A stretch of DNA of 64,000 nt from Candidatus Tayloriibacteriota bacterium (GCA_003151615.1 PLXZ01000001.1:67795-131794); one strand, 5' to 3'; shown: positions 38,799 through 49,403, counted from the stretch's first letter. The notes: generated from the letters alone by a model not told the origin. Translations and numbers: made by a program.

Positions 38799-39524
38799 TT
38801 ACGCAAAACGCGTCACGATGAAAATAAATATGGTACCAGTAATCGTGAGCGCCACGATTTTCCACGAACTTTGATTGCGGTGTGCTTCGGGCAAAATGTC
38901 GCTTGCTCCTATATACAGGAGAAATCCTGCGAAAAATCCGAGGTACAGGACAAGGAAACTTTCCGGCAGATGAAAGAAGAGTGTTGAAACAACGCCGACA
39001 ACCGGGGCAACGGCATCGAGAAGAAGAAACGACTTCGCCTTTTTCTCCGTGTTTTTATTCGTGAGCATCAAAATGACCGTATTCATGCCGTCGGTAAAAT
39101 CGTGGGCGATGACGGCGATTGCGACAATAACGCCGACCGCCGGGCTAATCTGAAAACCAAGGCCGATTCCCACTCCGTCCATAAAACTATGCCCTGCCAA
39201 TGCCAATGCGGACAAGACGCCGACATGCGGATGCTTGTGGTCGGCATAATCCTCCTCGTGGGCGTGATGAATGACGATGAGCTTTTCGACGATATGAAAA
39301 AGCATAAAGCCGACGACGAGAGCGACCATTGCGCCGATTGGATTGAAATTATTATCCTTAATCAGATTGATAATTTCCGGAAAAATATCGAAAGAGACGA
39401 CGCCAATAAGAACGCCGGCGGTGAATCCCATCACTAAATGAAGCCGATTTTTATGCTTGACCGCAAAGAGGCCGCCGAATGATGTCGACAAAAATGTGGC
39501 TACGGACAGGAGAATTGCTTCCAT
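38799..39524 (-). CDS. ZIP family metal transporter
   Basis: GFTAGVL, His-rich loop, HSFMDG, HDFTDG, DILPEAH. Confidence 0.92.
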   Translation of the reverse strand: MEAILLSVATFLSTSFGGLFAVKHKNRLHLVMGFTAGVLIGVVSFDIFPEIINLIKDNNFNPIGAMVALVVGFMLFHIVEKLIVIHHAHEEDYADHKHPHVGVLSALALAGHSFMDGVGIGLGFQISPAVGVIVAIAVIAHDFTDGMNTVILMLTNKNTEKKAKSFLLLDAVAPVVGVVSTLFFHLPESFLVLYLGFFAGFLLYIGASDILPEAHRNQSSWKIVALTITGTIFIFIVTRFA

Positions 39525-39563
39525 GGCGATAAGGATAGCACAATTAAATCCAATATTCCAAAA

Positions 39564-40361
39564 TTAATACTCGAGTATAAACCGTTCCATCGCTGTCTCA
39601 AATTCATGAATGCCGCGGTGCGAATCGTGATAGACGGAAACAAGGCGTTCGAGCAGTAAACTCAATTCCTTTTCATCGAAATTTTCGGCGTAGCGTTTTG
39701 ATTTTTGATATACAAAAGGATTGAGTCCGGCTTCGCCCGCGGATTTTGTCCGCGCGGCAAGTGCCATGCATTTTGCCTGCCAAAACAAAATGCCGTGGAT
39801 TTCCTCGGGAGCCTTTCCTTCTTCAATCGCCTGGCGGTATAAAACCCAAAGCGTTTTCTTGTCGCGAGCACCGAGAGCGTCGGCCATTGCGAACACCGAA
39901 TTGCCTGTCGAACCCCCTTGGCCGAAACCGCCTGATTTTTTTGCATTCTCAGGCACATCGCCCGACGCCGACAAAACTTCCTGAACTTTCTCCGCATGCT
40001 TTTCAATTTTCTTCAGCGACGCTTTGTCGATCGAGCCGGCTGAAATGATGAAAATATTGGGCGATTCCGAAAAAAGTTCTAGTTTTTCGAGAAACGATTC
40101 CTTCAATTCCTTTTTCGCCGCGGCAGTAGCCGTTCCCCCTCCATCAAGGATTCCCCGCACCAAAACAACGTATTTATTGGCAAAAAGACCCTGACCACCG
40201 GTATATTCATCGACGGCCGAGTCATTCCAATTTTCTTCGGTCAAAGAAAAAAGACTGGCATCGGGCTTTTTTTTGAGAAGATCAGCCGCCAAGGCCGCCG
40301 CTTTTTTCGCCGCCGTCTGCGCCCCGTCATTTTTTCCGTCACTGTATAAAAAATAAATCAT
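39564..40361 (-). CDS. holA: DNA polymerase III delta subunit-like (HolA)
   Basis: MIYFLY, GLFANKYVV, VFAMADAL, EEIHGILFWQ. Confidence 0.7.
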   Translation of the reverse strand: MIYFLYSDGKNDGAQTAAKKAAALAADLLKKKPDASLFSLTEENWNDSAVDEYTGGQGLFANKYVVLVRGILDGGGTATAAAKKELKESFLEKLELFSESPNIFIISAGSIDKASLKKIEKHAEKVQEVLSASGDVPENAKKSGGFGQGGSTGNSVFAMADALGARDKKTLWVLYRQAIEEGKAPEEIHGILFWQAKCMALAARTKSAGEAGLNPFVYQKSKRYAENFDEKELSLLLERLVSVYHDSHRGIHEFETAMERFILEY

Positions 40362-40384
40362 AAAAATAAAATCCGTACGCCAAA

Positions 40385-42829
40385 TTAAATGTCTCCCCAG
40401 TTTTTGCCGGCGGCATATTCCGCCACGCATTTCACTCCGGAAGTTTTTTCAGGATCGAGAACCGCTTCCATAAGCGCTTTTATTTTGGGAGCAATTTTTG
40501 AAGCCTGCCCTTCGCGAATTTCAAACAGCAGTTCGTCGTGCACCTGAAGCAGCATGCGGACGTCGTCGGATAAATTTTCTTTTTGAATATAATTGTCAAT
40601 CGCAATCATGGCCAGCTTCACGATATCCGCTTCAGTTCCTTGAATCGGAGCATTCACGGCCATGCGTTCGGCCATTGCGCGGATGAAAGGCACCTTTGAA
40701 CGGATGCCCTCGAAATAGCGGCGTCGGCCAAAAAACGTCTCTGTATAGCCGTCCCGCGCCGCTTCTCCTTTTATCCTATCAATGTATGCGGCGAGTCCCG
40801 AAAATGTGGCGAAGTAATCATTGTAAAATTTTTGCGCTTCGGCGCGGTCGGTGCCGAGATTTCCGCGCAAGGCATTCACGCCCATTCCATACATCACGCC
40901 GAAGTTGATGACCTTCGCGCGACGGCGCATTTCATAATCGACTTTTTCCTCGGGCACGCCAAAAACCGCGGCCGCGACTGACTTGTGGAAATCGCCGCCG
41001 CTCGTGAACATGTCAATCATTTTTTTGTCGCCGGAAAGAAATGCGGCGACACGCAATTCGATTTGCGAATAATCAAACGATACGAGGTCAAAACCCTTTT
41101 CGGCGATGAATGCCGTGCGAATCCTTTTTCCGAGCTCCGTTTTTATCGGAATATTCTGGAGATTAGGATTTGTCGAAGACATTCGCCCTGTCGCCGCGCC
41201 GGTTTGGACAAGAGTCGTGTGTAAACGTCCATTTTTATCAACCTGCTCCGGCATCGTATCAATATAGGTACCGAGCAATTTCTGCAATTCGCGATATTCC
41301 AAAATAAGCTTGGCAATTGAAGGTTTTCCTTCAGCCTCTTCGGTTTCGGCGAGCTTTAAAAGCTCCGACTCCTTCGTCGAGCGCGTTCCGCCGGCCGTTT
41401 TTTTGGCATTTTTAATTGTCAGGCCGAGTTTGTCGAACAGAACTTCGCCAAGCTGTTTCGGCGAATTGATGTTGAATTCTCCTCCGGCAATGGCCCATAT
41501 TTTTTTCTCAAGTTCATGCGCGGTCGCATGATACTCCTTGCCGAGTTTTTTCAAATAGGCGACGTCGATTTGCACGCCATATTTTTCCATGCGGTCGATG
41601 ACGGGAAGGAGCGGCAATTCTATATCCTCGTACACTTTTTCCTGCTTGCGTTCCGCGAGTTTTTGAAAAACGATTTTTTTCGCTTCCTCAAAATGTTCGG
41701 TTCCGGTAAAAGCGTATAAATCTTCCAAGGTCGGATTTGTAAGATCGGATTTTACCAGCCATAACGCAATTAAAACTTTTTTAAAATCCGAAGGGTCAAT
41801 TTTTTCGGCAGCGACTTTGTCGGCCTTCTCTTTTTCCATTTTTGCCTCTTTTGCCGCTTTGCCCGCAACCTTGCCTTCCAAAACCTGGCTCAACCTGGGC
41901 GCCAAAGTGCGAAAGTCCAATTCCGTAAAAAGCGCCGTCAGTTTTTGCATATCGAGTCCCGCACGAAATTCCTGCGCGGGCAATTTGAAATTAATCGGTG
42001 CGTCCCTGCGAATGGTCGCGAGCATTTTGCTGAATTCCGCTTCTTCTTTTCCTTCTTCCAATAATTTAATGATTCGATCGGTAATACCCGCCTTTTTGAA
42101 AGCAGCATAACTATTTTTTTTATCTTTTTCGAGAGCTTTATAAATATCTTCAACCGAACCGAATGTCGTTATCAAAATAGTGCCGGTTTTTTCGCCGATG
42201 CCCGCAATGCCGATAATATTGTCGGAAGGATCACCGCGCAATCCCTTATAATCCGGCAAAAGTTCCGGACCGAAACCAAATCGCATGCGCACCGCATCTT
42301 CATCATACAAAATCGTATCGTTAATTCCTTTTTTCAGCGTATAGACCTGAACTTTTTTGTCCGAAACCAATTGCAAGGTGTCCATGTCGCCTGAAGCTAT
42401 GACAATATCGACAACGCCTCCGATTTTTTTAGGATTTTTTGCCTCTTCAACAATGGTTCCCAGCATATCATCCGCCTCAAATCCCGGCTTGTCATATATA
42501 GGTATATTGAAAGCGGCAAAGACATCGCGCGAACGTTTCATCTGGGAAACCAGGGCATCATCGGCCTTTTTTCGGCCGGCTTTATATTCCTTGTATGCTT
42601 CATGCCGATACGTCGGTCCCGGCAAATCGTAACAGGCGACAATGTAGTCCGGCTTCAAATCCGCGATGATTTTTATGAGCATCGTCGAAACGCCGTATAG
42701 ACCGCCGGTCGGTTCGCCTTTCGAGGAAACAAAATCGGGCAAAGCATGATACGCACGGTGCAAAATGGCGTGCGCGTCAAGAAGTACAAGTTTTTTCGGC
42801 AATTCTTTAGTTTCCTTTGATTCTTTCAT
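40385..42829 (-). CDS. polA: DNA polymerase I (5'-3' exonuclease + polymerase; proofreading domain reduced)
   Basis: LLDAHAILHRAYHA, EADD, GDPSDNI, TGRMSSTNPNLQNIP, DYSQIELR, QVHDEL. Confidence 0.97.
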   Translation of the reverse strand: MKESKETKELPKKLVLLDAHAILHRAYHALPDFVSSKGEPTGGLYGVSTMLIKIIADLKPDYIVACYDLPGPTYRHEAYKEYKAGRKKADDALVSQMKRSRDVFAAFNIPIYDKPGFEADDMLGTIVEEAKNPKKIGGVVDIVIASGDMDTLQLVSDKKVQVYTLKKGINDTILYDEDAVRMRFGFGPELLPDYKGLRGDPSDNIIGIAGIGEKTGTILITTFGSVEDIYKALEKDKKNSYAAFKKAGITDRIIKLLEEGKEEAEFSKMLATIRRDAPINFKLPAQEFRAGLDMQKLTALFTELDFRTLAPRLSQVLEGKVAGKAAKEAKMEKEKADKVAAEKIDPSDFKKVLIALWLVKSDLTNPTLEDLYAFTGTEHFEEAKKIVFQKLAERKQEKVYEDIELPLLPVIDRMEKYGVQIDVAYLKKLGKEYHATAHELEKKIWAIAGGEFNINSPKQLGEVLFDKLGLTIKNAKKTAGGTRSTKESELLKLAETEEAEGKPSIAKLILEYRELQKLLGTYIDTMPEQVDKNGRLHTTLVQTGAATGRMSSTNPNLQNIPIKTELGKRIRTAFIAEKGFDLVSFDYSQIELRVAAFLSGDKKMIDMFTSGGDFHKSVAAAVFGVPEEKVDYEMRRRAKVINFGVMYGMGVNALRGNLGTDRAEAQKFYNDYFATFSGLAAYIDRIKGEAARDGYTETFFGRRRYFEGIRSKVPFIRAMAERMAVNAPIQGTEADIVKLAMIAIDNYIQKENLSDDVRMLLQVHDELLFEIREGQASKIAPKIKALMEAVLDPEKTSGVKCVAEYAAGKNWGDI

Positions 42830-42847
42830 GAGCCTATTGTAACACTT

Positions 42848-43402
42848 CTATAAGCTCTCTATCTCACGCGTCGTCTCGTCAATGAAAGTAAACTTCAACC
42901 GCGCGTGATCCGCGGGCAACAGATCTGCAATTCGCTCCGGCCATTCGATAATAATAAGGTTACCCGGATTGGCCGCGATTTCATCCCAACCCAAATGCTT
43001 CATTTCATCCGAACTTTCCAGACGATATGCATCAATGTGAATAAGATGTGTAAAAACACCAAAATTATGTGAAGAACTTTGGGGAGAAGCCTGTGTATAT
43101 GCTGTGCCGAAGTCAGAATGTGCAAAAGACTGTGCGGAAGCCTGTGAATCTGGCGTGGATAAGCTGTGCGTCAACGGGTATATCTTTTCTATGACAAACG
43201 TCGGGCTTGTCATAGAATCCTGAATGCCCAAAGCGGCCCCAACTGCCTTGGTAAAAGCAGTTTTGCCGGAACCAAGATTTCCATACAGTCCCAAAACAAA
43301 AGCTCTGGTTGATTCCGCGGATTTTCGCGCCGCCAAAAGAGCGGTGACATATTTTTTGGCAAAATCCTCAGTTTCAAACACAGAATGGCTGACGAATTTC
43401 AT
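42848..43402 (-). CDS. tsaE: tRNA t6A biosynthesis ATPase TsaE with an internal insertion
   Basis: GNLGSGKT, SPTF, HIDAYRL, IEWPE. Confidence 0.93.
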   Translation of the reverse strand: MKFVSHSVFETEDFAKKYVTALLAARKSAESTRAFVLGLYGNLGSGKTAFTKAVGAALGIQDSMTSPTFVIEKIYPLTHSLSTPDSQASAQSFAHSDFGTAYTQASPQSSSHNFGVFTHLIHIDAYRLESSDEMKHLGWDEIAANPGNLIIIEWPERIADLLPADHARLKFTFIDETTREIESL

Positions 43403-43405
43403 ATA

Positions 43406-44050
43406 TTATTGCAGGCCTTCGGAAAAAAGTCCGAGATCCTTCTTGAAAAAGCGCATGGCGATATGATAAATGCTGTACGTGATGAAGAAAGCCGACGCGA
43501 CGTCAATTGAATAGTGCAGATGTCCCATGAGTACGATGATGCCGAAAAAAACTGAAAGAATGATGAAAAAATAACGCCAGAATTTTTCATTCCAAAATAT
43601 AAGCGCAAGAAGAAACGGAATTCCCGTATGTCCCGAGAAGAACAAATCGTTTCCGGAGGTAAAAAAACTGATAATGTCGGATGCCTGAACGCCGATTCGG
43701 GTTGGAAACGGGGCAATGTGGGTCAAACTGACAAAACCGGAACGAATTATGACAAAAAGTGCCAGACTTTTACATATAAACGGCAATCGCTTCGGCTCGG
43801 AAAAACAAAGCCAGACTATGACGGCAATCAGGACCAATGGCCCGTAAATGAAAATGCCGTCAACGTCATATACCGGAATATTTGAAAGGATAATGTCGGT
43901 CACCGAACTGCTGACCCGGTCGGTGGCATAAATGCCTGCGCCAAAATTAATAATGGCGCTGGCAAGCAGAAACAGGAACGACAATCCGGCGGACGTCAAA
44001 TATTCCTTATTATGGAGATAGGGGCGCCATTTTGCCGCAATGGATTTCAT
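43406..44050 (-). CDS. PAP2-superfamily membrane protein (sphingomyelin synthase-like)
   Basis: DLFFSGHT...HLHYSIDV. Confidence 0.85.
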   Translation of the reverse strand: MKSIAAKWRPYLHNKEYLTSAGLSFLFLLASAIINFGAGIYATDRVSSSVTDIILSNIPVYDVDGIFIYGPLVLIAVIVWLCFSEPKRLPFICKSLALFVIIRSGFVSLTHIAPFPTRIGVQASDIISFFTSGNDLFFSGHTGIPFLLALIFWNEKFWRYFFIILSVFFGIIVLMGHLHYSIDVASAFFITYSIYHIAMRFFKKDLGLFSEGLQ

Positions 44051-44087
44051 GCTTCAAATACTATCATAAAAAGGCTATACTTATGCC

Positions 44088-45791
44088 ATGATTCAATTCG
44101 ACGAAGACAAGCAGAATAAAAAACTCGGCGATTTGCTGAAGAAAGAAGAGGAGGATCTCGTCCAGTCCCTCTCTGCAAAATATGGCCTCGAATACATTGA
44201 TCTTGCGACTACAAACATTACGAGTGATGCCCTGCGTCTGATAGAAGAACCGGTTGCGCGCGATGCAAAAATCGCGGCATTCGGCCTTACCGACAGAAAA
44301 ATAAAAGTAGCTGCGCGAAATCCGGACGATCCGAAGGTAACCGAAATTATTGAAGGCCTCAAGGCAAAAGGCTACGTCCCCACTCTTTATATCACTTCAA
44401 ATACGGATCTTGAAAAAGCCTGGACAAATTACAAGGACCTTTCATTCGCGATTGAATCAAAAGCCGGATCACTCGATATTTCAAGCGACGAAATCAGCGC
44501 CCTCATTGAAAAAGCAAAGGGGCTTCCGACGGTTGCTTCAATTTTGCAAAATACCCTTACCCTCAAAAAAAGCTACCGCATTTCGCGCATTTTGGAAACA
44601 ATCATTGCCGGAGCGCTCGGCACCAGGGCATCCGACATACACATCGAGCCTGAGGAAGAATTCGTGCGCATCCGTTATCGTCTGGACGGAGTGCTTGTTG
44701 AAGTCATTACCTTTGACAAGGAAACCTACAATCTCGTGCTTTCGCGCATCAAGCTTCTCTCAGGCCTCAAACTTAACATCAAAAAAGATTCGCAGGACGG
44801 ACGCTTCAGCGTGAATATCGGCGACAGGGACATAGAAATCCGTACTTCGGTCCTGCCCGGCGCATATAATGAATCGGTCGTTATGCGTATTCTCGATCCG
44901 AAATCCATCAGCGTGCCGCTGGAGTCGCTCGGCATCCCGGACAAGCTTTTGAAAATCCTTTTGAAAGCAATCGATCTGCCAAACGGCATGATCCTGACGA
45001 CGGGACCGACGGGTTCGGGAAAAACCACGACTCTCTACGCCTTTTTGAAAAAAGTAAAAGATCCGGGCATTAAAATAATAACCATTGAAGATCCAATTGA
45101 ATACCATCTACCCGGAATCGTGCAGACGCAGACAAACGACAAGGGCTACACTTTCCTCGAGGGCCTTCGCGCCGCAGTCCGCCAGGATCCCGACATAATT
45201 ATGGTCGGTGAAATCCGCGACAATGAAACAGCTGCAATCGCCATAAACTCGGCGCTGACGGGACACCTTGTGTTTTCAACGCTTCACACCAATGACGCGG
45301 CTGGAACGTTTCCGCGCCTCGTCGACCTCGGCATCAATCCGAAAATTCTAACGTCTGCACTGACAATCGCGTTGGCACAGCGACTCGTGCGAAAACTTTG
45401 CGAATTTTGCAAAAAAGAAGTTCCGGTGGACGAAAATTCAAAAAAGATCGTCGAAGGAATTCTGACGACAATCGTGGATAAGAATGAAATTCCGACGCAG
45501 GACGGACTGCCTGCGGGCATAATCGGAAAAATCTGGCAAAGCGTCGGCTGTGAAAAATGCAATCATACCGGCTATAAAGGCCGCATCGGCGTATATGAAG
45601 GCATTTTGGTCAACGATCCTGCCATAGAAAAAGTCATCGACTATGGATCGAGCGACCGTGAAATTGCAGAGGCGGCCGCACACCAAGGCATTCTGACCAT
45701 GAAGCAAGATGGCATTATAAAAGTATTCAAAGGCGTCACGTCGATCGATGAACTTCGCCGCGTCATCGAGATCGACGCGGCAATAAAATAA
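44088..45791 (+). CDS. pilB: Type IV pilus assembly ATPase PilB/GspE
   Basis: ASDIHIEP, QDGRF, GPTGSGKTTT, EDPIE, RQDPD, TGHLVFSTLH, CxxC pairs. Confidence 0.92.
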   Translation: MIQFDEDKQNKKLGDLLKKEEEDLVQSLSAKYGLEYIDLATTNITSDALRLIEEPVARDAKIAAFGLTDRKIKVAARNPDDPKVTEIIEGLKAKGYVPTLYITSNTDLEKAWTNYKDLSFAIESKAGSLDISSDEISALIEKAKGLPTVASILQNTLTLKKSYRISRILETIIAGALGTRASDIHIEPEEEFVRIRYRLDGVLVEVITFDKETYNLVLSRIKLLSGLKLNIKKDSQDGRFSVNIGDRDIEIRTSVLPGAYNESVVMRILDPKSISVPLESLGIPDKLLKILLKAIDLPNGMILTTGPTGSGKTTTLYAFLKKVKDPGIKIITIEDPIEYHLPGIVQTQTNDKGYTFLEGLRAAVRQDPDIIMVGEIRDNETAAIAINSALTGHLVFSTLHTNDAAGTFPRLVDLGINPKILTSALTIALAQRLVRKLCEFCKKEVPVDENSKKIVEGILTTIVDKNEIPTQDGLPAGIIGKIWQSVGCEKCNHTGYKGRIGVYEGILVNDPAIEKVIDYGSSDREIAEAAAHQGILTMKQDGIIKVFKGVTSIDELRRVIEIDAAIK

Positions 45792-45875
45792 AAGTTACGA
45801 ACCACAAATATTGGGCTGTCAATTGAACTTTTAAAAAAGAGGAGTACTATTTAGCAAGAGAAAACGACAGCGAAC

Positions 45876-46087
45876 GAAAAAGTTTGGACGTCAATCGAGT
45901 GCACAAATCTCCAAGCAATACTTTCAATGCGATCACCGAAAGTTAAACATAGCTTCAAGGATAACCCCAGTAAAACGCACCGGGGTGGCAAACCAGAATG
46001 TCCTCAAGGCTATGTCAGATACGGGGAGTTAACCCCTTATATTGCTTAGAGATTTATGAACTTGATTTCGAATATACCTGGCTTTTC
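45876..46087 (+). ncRNA. ssrS: Probable 6S RNA
   Basis: Long irregular hairpin (AATCGAGT/ACTTGATT, AAATCTC/GAGATTT, AAGCAATA/TATTGCTT), central bubble, inner stem ACATAGCTT/AGGCTATGT; upstream TTGAAC-N16-TACTAT. Confidence 0.55.
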
Positions 46088-46116
46088 ATCGAGTATCCTA
46101 GCATAAAATAATTTCT

Positions 46117-47154
46117 ATGTCAAGTATCCCTAAAACAGCAGAATCAGAGCCGACAGAAGCAAAACACCTTGATCAAACACTGCGTCCGGGCACCTGGAAT
46201 GAATATATAGGCCAAAAAAACATAAAGGATAACCTCCATATCCTTCTGACTGCGGCCCAGCAGCGAAAACATCCCCCGGAACACCTTCTTTTCTATGGAC
46301 CGCCCGGTCTCGGAAAAACCACCCTCGCCCATCTGATTGCGAAGGAAACCGGCGCGCAGATGAAAATAACTTCCGGACCGGCTATTTTGAAGGTTGGCGA
46401 TCTCGCATCAGTTCTCACGAACTTATCGCACGGCGATATTCTTTTCATAGACGAAATACACCGGCTCAACAAGGCCATCGAGGAAGTCCTCTACCCTGCC
46501 ATGGAATCGGGCAAGCTCGATATCATCATCGGCAAAGGTCCCTCCGCCCGCACCATCCAGCTGGATTTGCCGCAGTTCACCTTGATAGCGGCAACGACGC
46601 GAATCGCCATGATTTCGTCTCCGTTGCGATCGCGCTTTTCAGGCGGCGTATTCAAGCTGGAATTTTACAGCGAAAACGAGATACATGAAATCATAACGCG
46701 GTCTGCCAAAATCCTTGGCATTGCGATTGAGGATTCAGCAGCCCGGGAAATCGCCCACCGCAGCCGCTTCACTCCGCGAACTGCCAACTATTTCCTGAAA
46801 CGCTGCCGTGATTTCGCGGAGGTTCACGTAATGGAAAAGAAAAATGACAAAAAAAATGTCATTCTGACGAAAGATATTGTCGAAAAAGCCCTGTCCATGC
46901 TCGGCGTCGACATTCTCGGACTTAACAGTGCCGACCGCGACATATTGCGCGTTCTGATTGAAAAATTCGGAGGCGGACCGGTCGGACTGAACACTCTCGG
47001 CGCGGCGTTGTCGGAGGAGCAGGCAACCATTGAAGAAGTCTATGAACCCTATTTGATTCAGCTTGGACTTCTGGAGCGAACGCCCCGCGGACGCACAGCC
47101 ACCGACAAAGCTTACGCGCACCTCAACATAAAAGGATCGCAAAAATTGCTTTAA
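46117..47154 (+). CDS. ruvB: Holliday junction helicase RuvB
   Basis: LRP...YIGQ, GPPGLGKTTLA, FIDEIHRL, RTPRGR. Confidence 0.97.
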   Translation: MSSIPKTAESEPTEAKHLDQTLRPGTWNEYIGQKNIKDNLHILLTAAQQRKHPPEHLLFYGPPGLGKTTLAHLIAKETGAQMKITSGPAILKVGDLASVLTNLSHGDILFIDEIHRLNKAIEEVLYPAMESGKLDIIIGKGPSARTIQLDLPQFTLIAATTRIAMISSPLRSRFSGGVFKLEFYSENEIHEIITRSAKILGIAIEDSAAREIAHRSRFTPRTANYFLKRCRDFAEVHVMEKKNDKKNVILTKDIVEKALSMLGVDILGLNSADRDILRVLIEKFGGGPVGLNTLGAALSEEQATIEEVYEPYLIQLGLLERTPRGRTATDKAYAHLNIKGSQKLL

Positions 47155-47157
47155 AAG

Positions 47158-47490
47158 CTAGACTGCCGCTTTTTCTTTTGGACTTGGACGACGGGTAAAC
47201 TGCCGCGCTCCCAAAAAAATCAGGATTGAACCGACAATGTAGAGAAGGAAGAAAACAACCTGAAGCGGAATGCCGAAATAGACGAACGAAACGCCAAGTT
47301 GCGCTTCAAACGAAAGGAATGCCGCGAGGAGCACGCAGGCGGCAATCGTCATGATTCCCGTTGAAATGAACTTCAAGGGACGCTTCAGTATGCTGACAAA
47401 AATATCGGCCGACCGGTACAAATACGTTGCAGACAGAACCCCGCACAGAACCGAAAAAAATATAAGCCCGAGTTCAAATTGATTTGTCAT
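47158..47490 (-). CDS. Small membrane protein
   Basis: 110 aa, three TM helices. Confidence 0.65.
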   Translation of the reverse strand: MTNQFELGLIFFSVLCGVLSATYLYRSADIFVSILKRPLKFISTGIMTIAACVLLAAFLSFEAQLGVSFVYFGIPLQVVFFLLYIVGSILIFLGARQFTRRPSPKEKAAV

Positions 47491-47599
47491 GTTTTTATAT
47501 TATGGGTACAATTATAGCATTAGAACATGTTTATTGTAATATAGGCTTAATAACCTCGTCTTAACGGGCGTAAGTGATGATTAATAATCAATAAAAACT

Positions 47600-48271
47600 A
47601 TGAAAAAATATCGCATTGTTTCGGTTTCCGCAGTTTCGGCTACAATCGCATGTTTGTTTATAAGTGCCTCATCTTCCTTGGCGGCGACTTCCTTGACGAG
47701 CGTCGTGCAGACGAATATATATGGCGGCGGAGCAAGCGCTTCATCGAGCGCAAATGTAAATGTCGGCATCAACGGAAGCTACAACTCGAATAATGATGCG
47801 ACTTCAACTTCAGAAATGAATACCGGGGACAATGGCATCATTAACGCTAACGTCAATATCGGATCAAATGACGCGCAATTGAATGCCTATGCGCAGGCGA
47901 TTGCGGAAAATGACCCTTCAGTCAGCGCAGTTTCGACAACTGATAATAATGTATCAATATCCTATAAAGTTCCGGTGAAACTTTTTGGATTCATTCCGGT
48001 ATATGAAACCGAAACAATATCGGTAGACACTTCTGTTCAAGGATCAGCTCCCCATGCCAGCGTTCACCGCTCATGGTGGAGCTTCCTCGCCGCAGGAAAT
48101 AACAGCGGCAATGTGGCTGCTTTCTCTTCAAATTTGAATGATAGTCTCAGCGCCTCAGCTTCAGGTTCTTCCCAGACCCAAATCATGGCGGAAATAGAAG
48201 CGGCGGCCCGTTCATCAATGTCCGCATCCGCGACGGCATCGGCTTCCGGTTCAGCTTCAACAGGTTACTAA
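47600..48271 (+). CDS. Secreted S/A/N-rich protein
   Basis: Signal peptide; KLFGFIPV...WWSFLA motif. Confidence 0.7.
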   Translation: MKKYRIVSVSAVSATIACLFISASSSLAATSLTSVVQTNIYGGGASASSSANVNVGINGSYNSNNDATSTSEMNTGDNGIINANVNIGSNDAQLNAYAQAIAENDPSVSAVSTTDNNVSISYKVPVKLFGFIPVYETETISVDTSVQGSAPHASVHRSWWSFLAAGNNSGNVAAFSSNLNDSLSASASGSSQTQIMAEIEAAARSSMSASATASASGSASTGY

Positions 48272-48353
48272 TAGGCAGTCTCAAAAAACCAAAACAAATA
48301 TGCAAAAACGGAGGGTTCAAAACTTTCCGTTTTTATGTTATAACTTAAACATC

Positions 48354-48884
48354 ATGTCCGGACACAATAAATATTCAAAAATCAAGCATCAGAAGGCGAA
48401 AACGGATGCCCAGAAAAGCAAGATTTTCACGAAAATGGTGAAGCTCATTTCGGCCGAAGCCAAAAAAGCCCATGGAAATCTCCAATCCCCCGGCCTTGCC
48501 AATGCCATTGCGAAAGCCAAGAAGGAAAATGTACCGAACGACACGATCGATCGCGCAGTCAAAAAAGCGAGCGCCGACAATGCCGCGGCAATGGAAGCAA
48601 TAACCTATGAATCGTACGGACCGGGAGGAGTTGCGATCATCATCGAAGCTCTCACCGACAACAGAAACAAAGCGGCTCAGGAAATAAAACACATTTTGTC
48701 GCAAAACGGTTCTGAACTTGCCGCACCCGGCAGCGCATCATGGGCTTTCACAAAAACGCACGAAGGATGGGTTCCGCAGACGATGATTCCGATAGAAGAA
48801 GCCGACATCGCAACATTGGAAAAAATAGTCGAGGCTCTCGAAGAAAACGACGAGGTGCAGGATGTTTACACCAATGCGGAGTAG
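48354..48884 (+). CDS. yebC: YebC/PmpR family protein (short form)
   Basis: MSGHNKYSKIKHQK, YESYGPGG, TDNRNK, DEVQDVYTN. Confidence 0.93.
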   Translation: MSGHNKYSKIKHQKAKTDAQKSKIFTKMVKLISAEAKKAHGNLQSPGLANAIAKAKKENVPNDTIDRAVKKASADNAAAMEAITYESYGPGGVAIIIEALTDNRNKAAQEIKHILSQNGSELAAPGSASWAFTKTHEGWVPQTMIPIEEADIATLEKIVEALEENDEVQDVYTNAE

Positions 48885-48896
48885 TATACTTAGCAT

Positions 48897-49403
48897 ATGA
48901 CAATCATCGGCATAGATCCCGGATACGAACGCGTCGGCATCGCCGTCATTGAAAAAAGTTCTCCTAAGGAAAAGGAAATTCTCCTTCATTCGGAATGTTT
49001 TACGACGTCCTCGAAAACCGAAATATATGACCGGTTGACATCGGTCGGTTTGCGCGTACGGACTTTGATCCAGGAATTCAAACCCGACATGCTGGCAATG
49101 GAAACACTCTTCATAACAAAAAACCAAAAAACGGCGATGCATGTTTCCGAATCAAGGGGCATTATCGCCTACGAAGCGCGGCTGGGAGGCATCCCTATTT
49201 TTGAATATTCGCCGCCGCAGATAAAAATCGCGGTCACCGGCCACGGAAAAAGCGACAAAATTCAGATCATCAAGATGATTCCCCTCCTACTGAAAATGCC
49301 TCCCGAAAAATTGTCTGGTAAAATTCTCGACGACGAATACGACGCAATCGCCGTCGCCCTGACATGTTTGGCAAGTGACGCAAAAACGCCCAAGCGAGCT
49401 TAA
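48897..49403 (+). CDS. ruvC: Holliday junction resolvase RuvC
   Basis: IIGIDPG, ETLF, KIAVTGHGKSDK, DDEYDAIAVA. Confidence 0.95.
   Translation: MTIIGIDPGYERVGIAVIEKSSPKEKEILLHSECFTTSSKTEIYDRLTSVGLRVRTLIQEFKPDMLAMETLFITKNQKTAMHVSESRGIIAYEARLGGIPIFEYSPPQIKIAVTGHGKSDKIQIIKMIPLLLKMPPEKLSGKILDDEYDAIAVALTCLASDAKTPKRA

Noticed and set aside
48354-48884. Short YebC (and PolA with a reduced proofreading domain) as pseudogenes
   Set aside because: Both have intact termini and conserved motifs; compact forms are expected in reduced CPR genomes.
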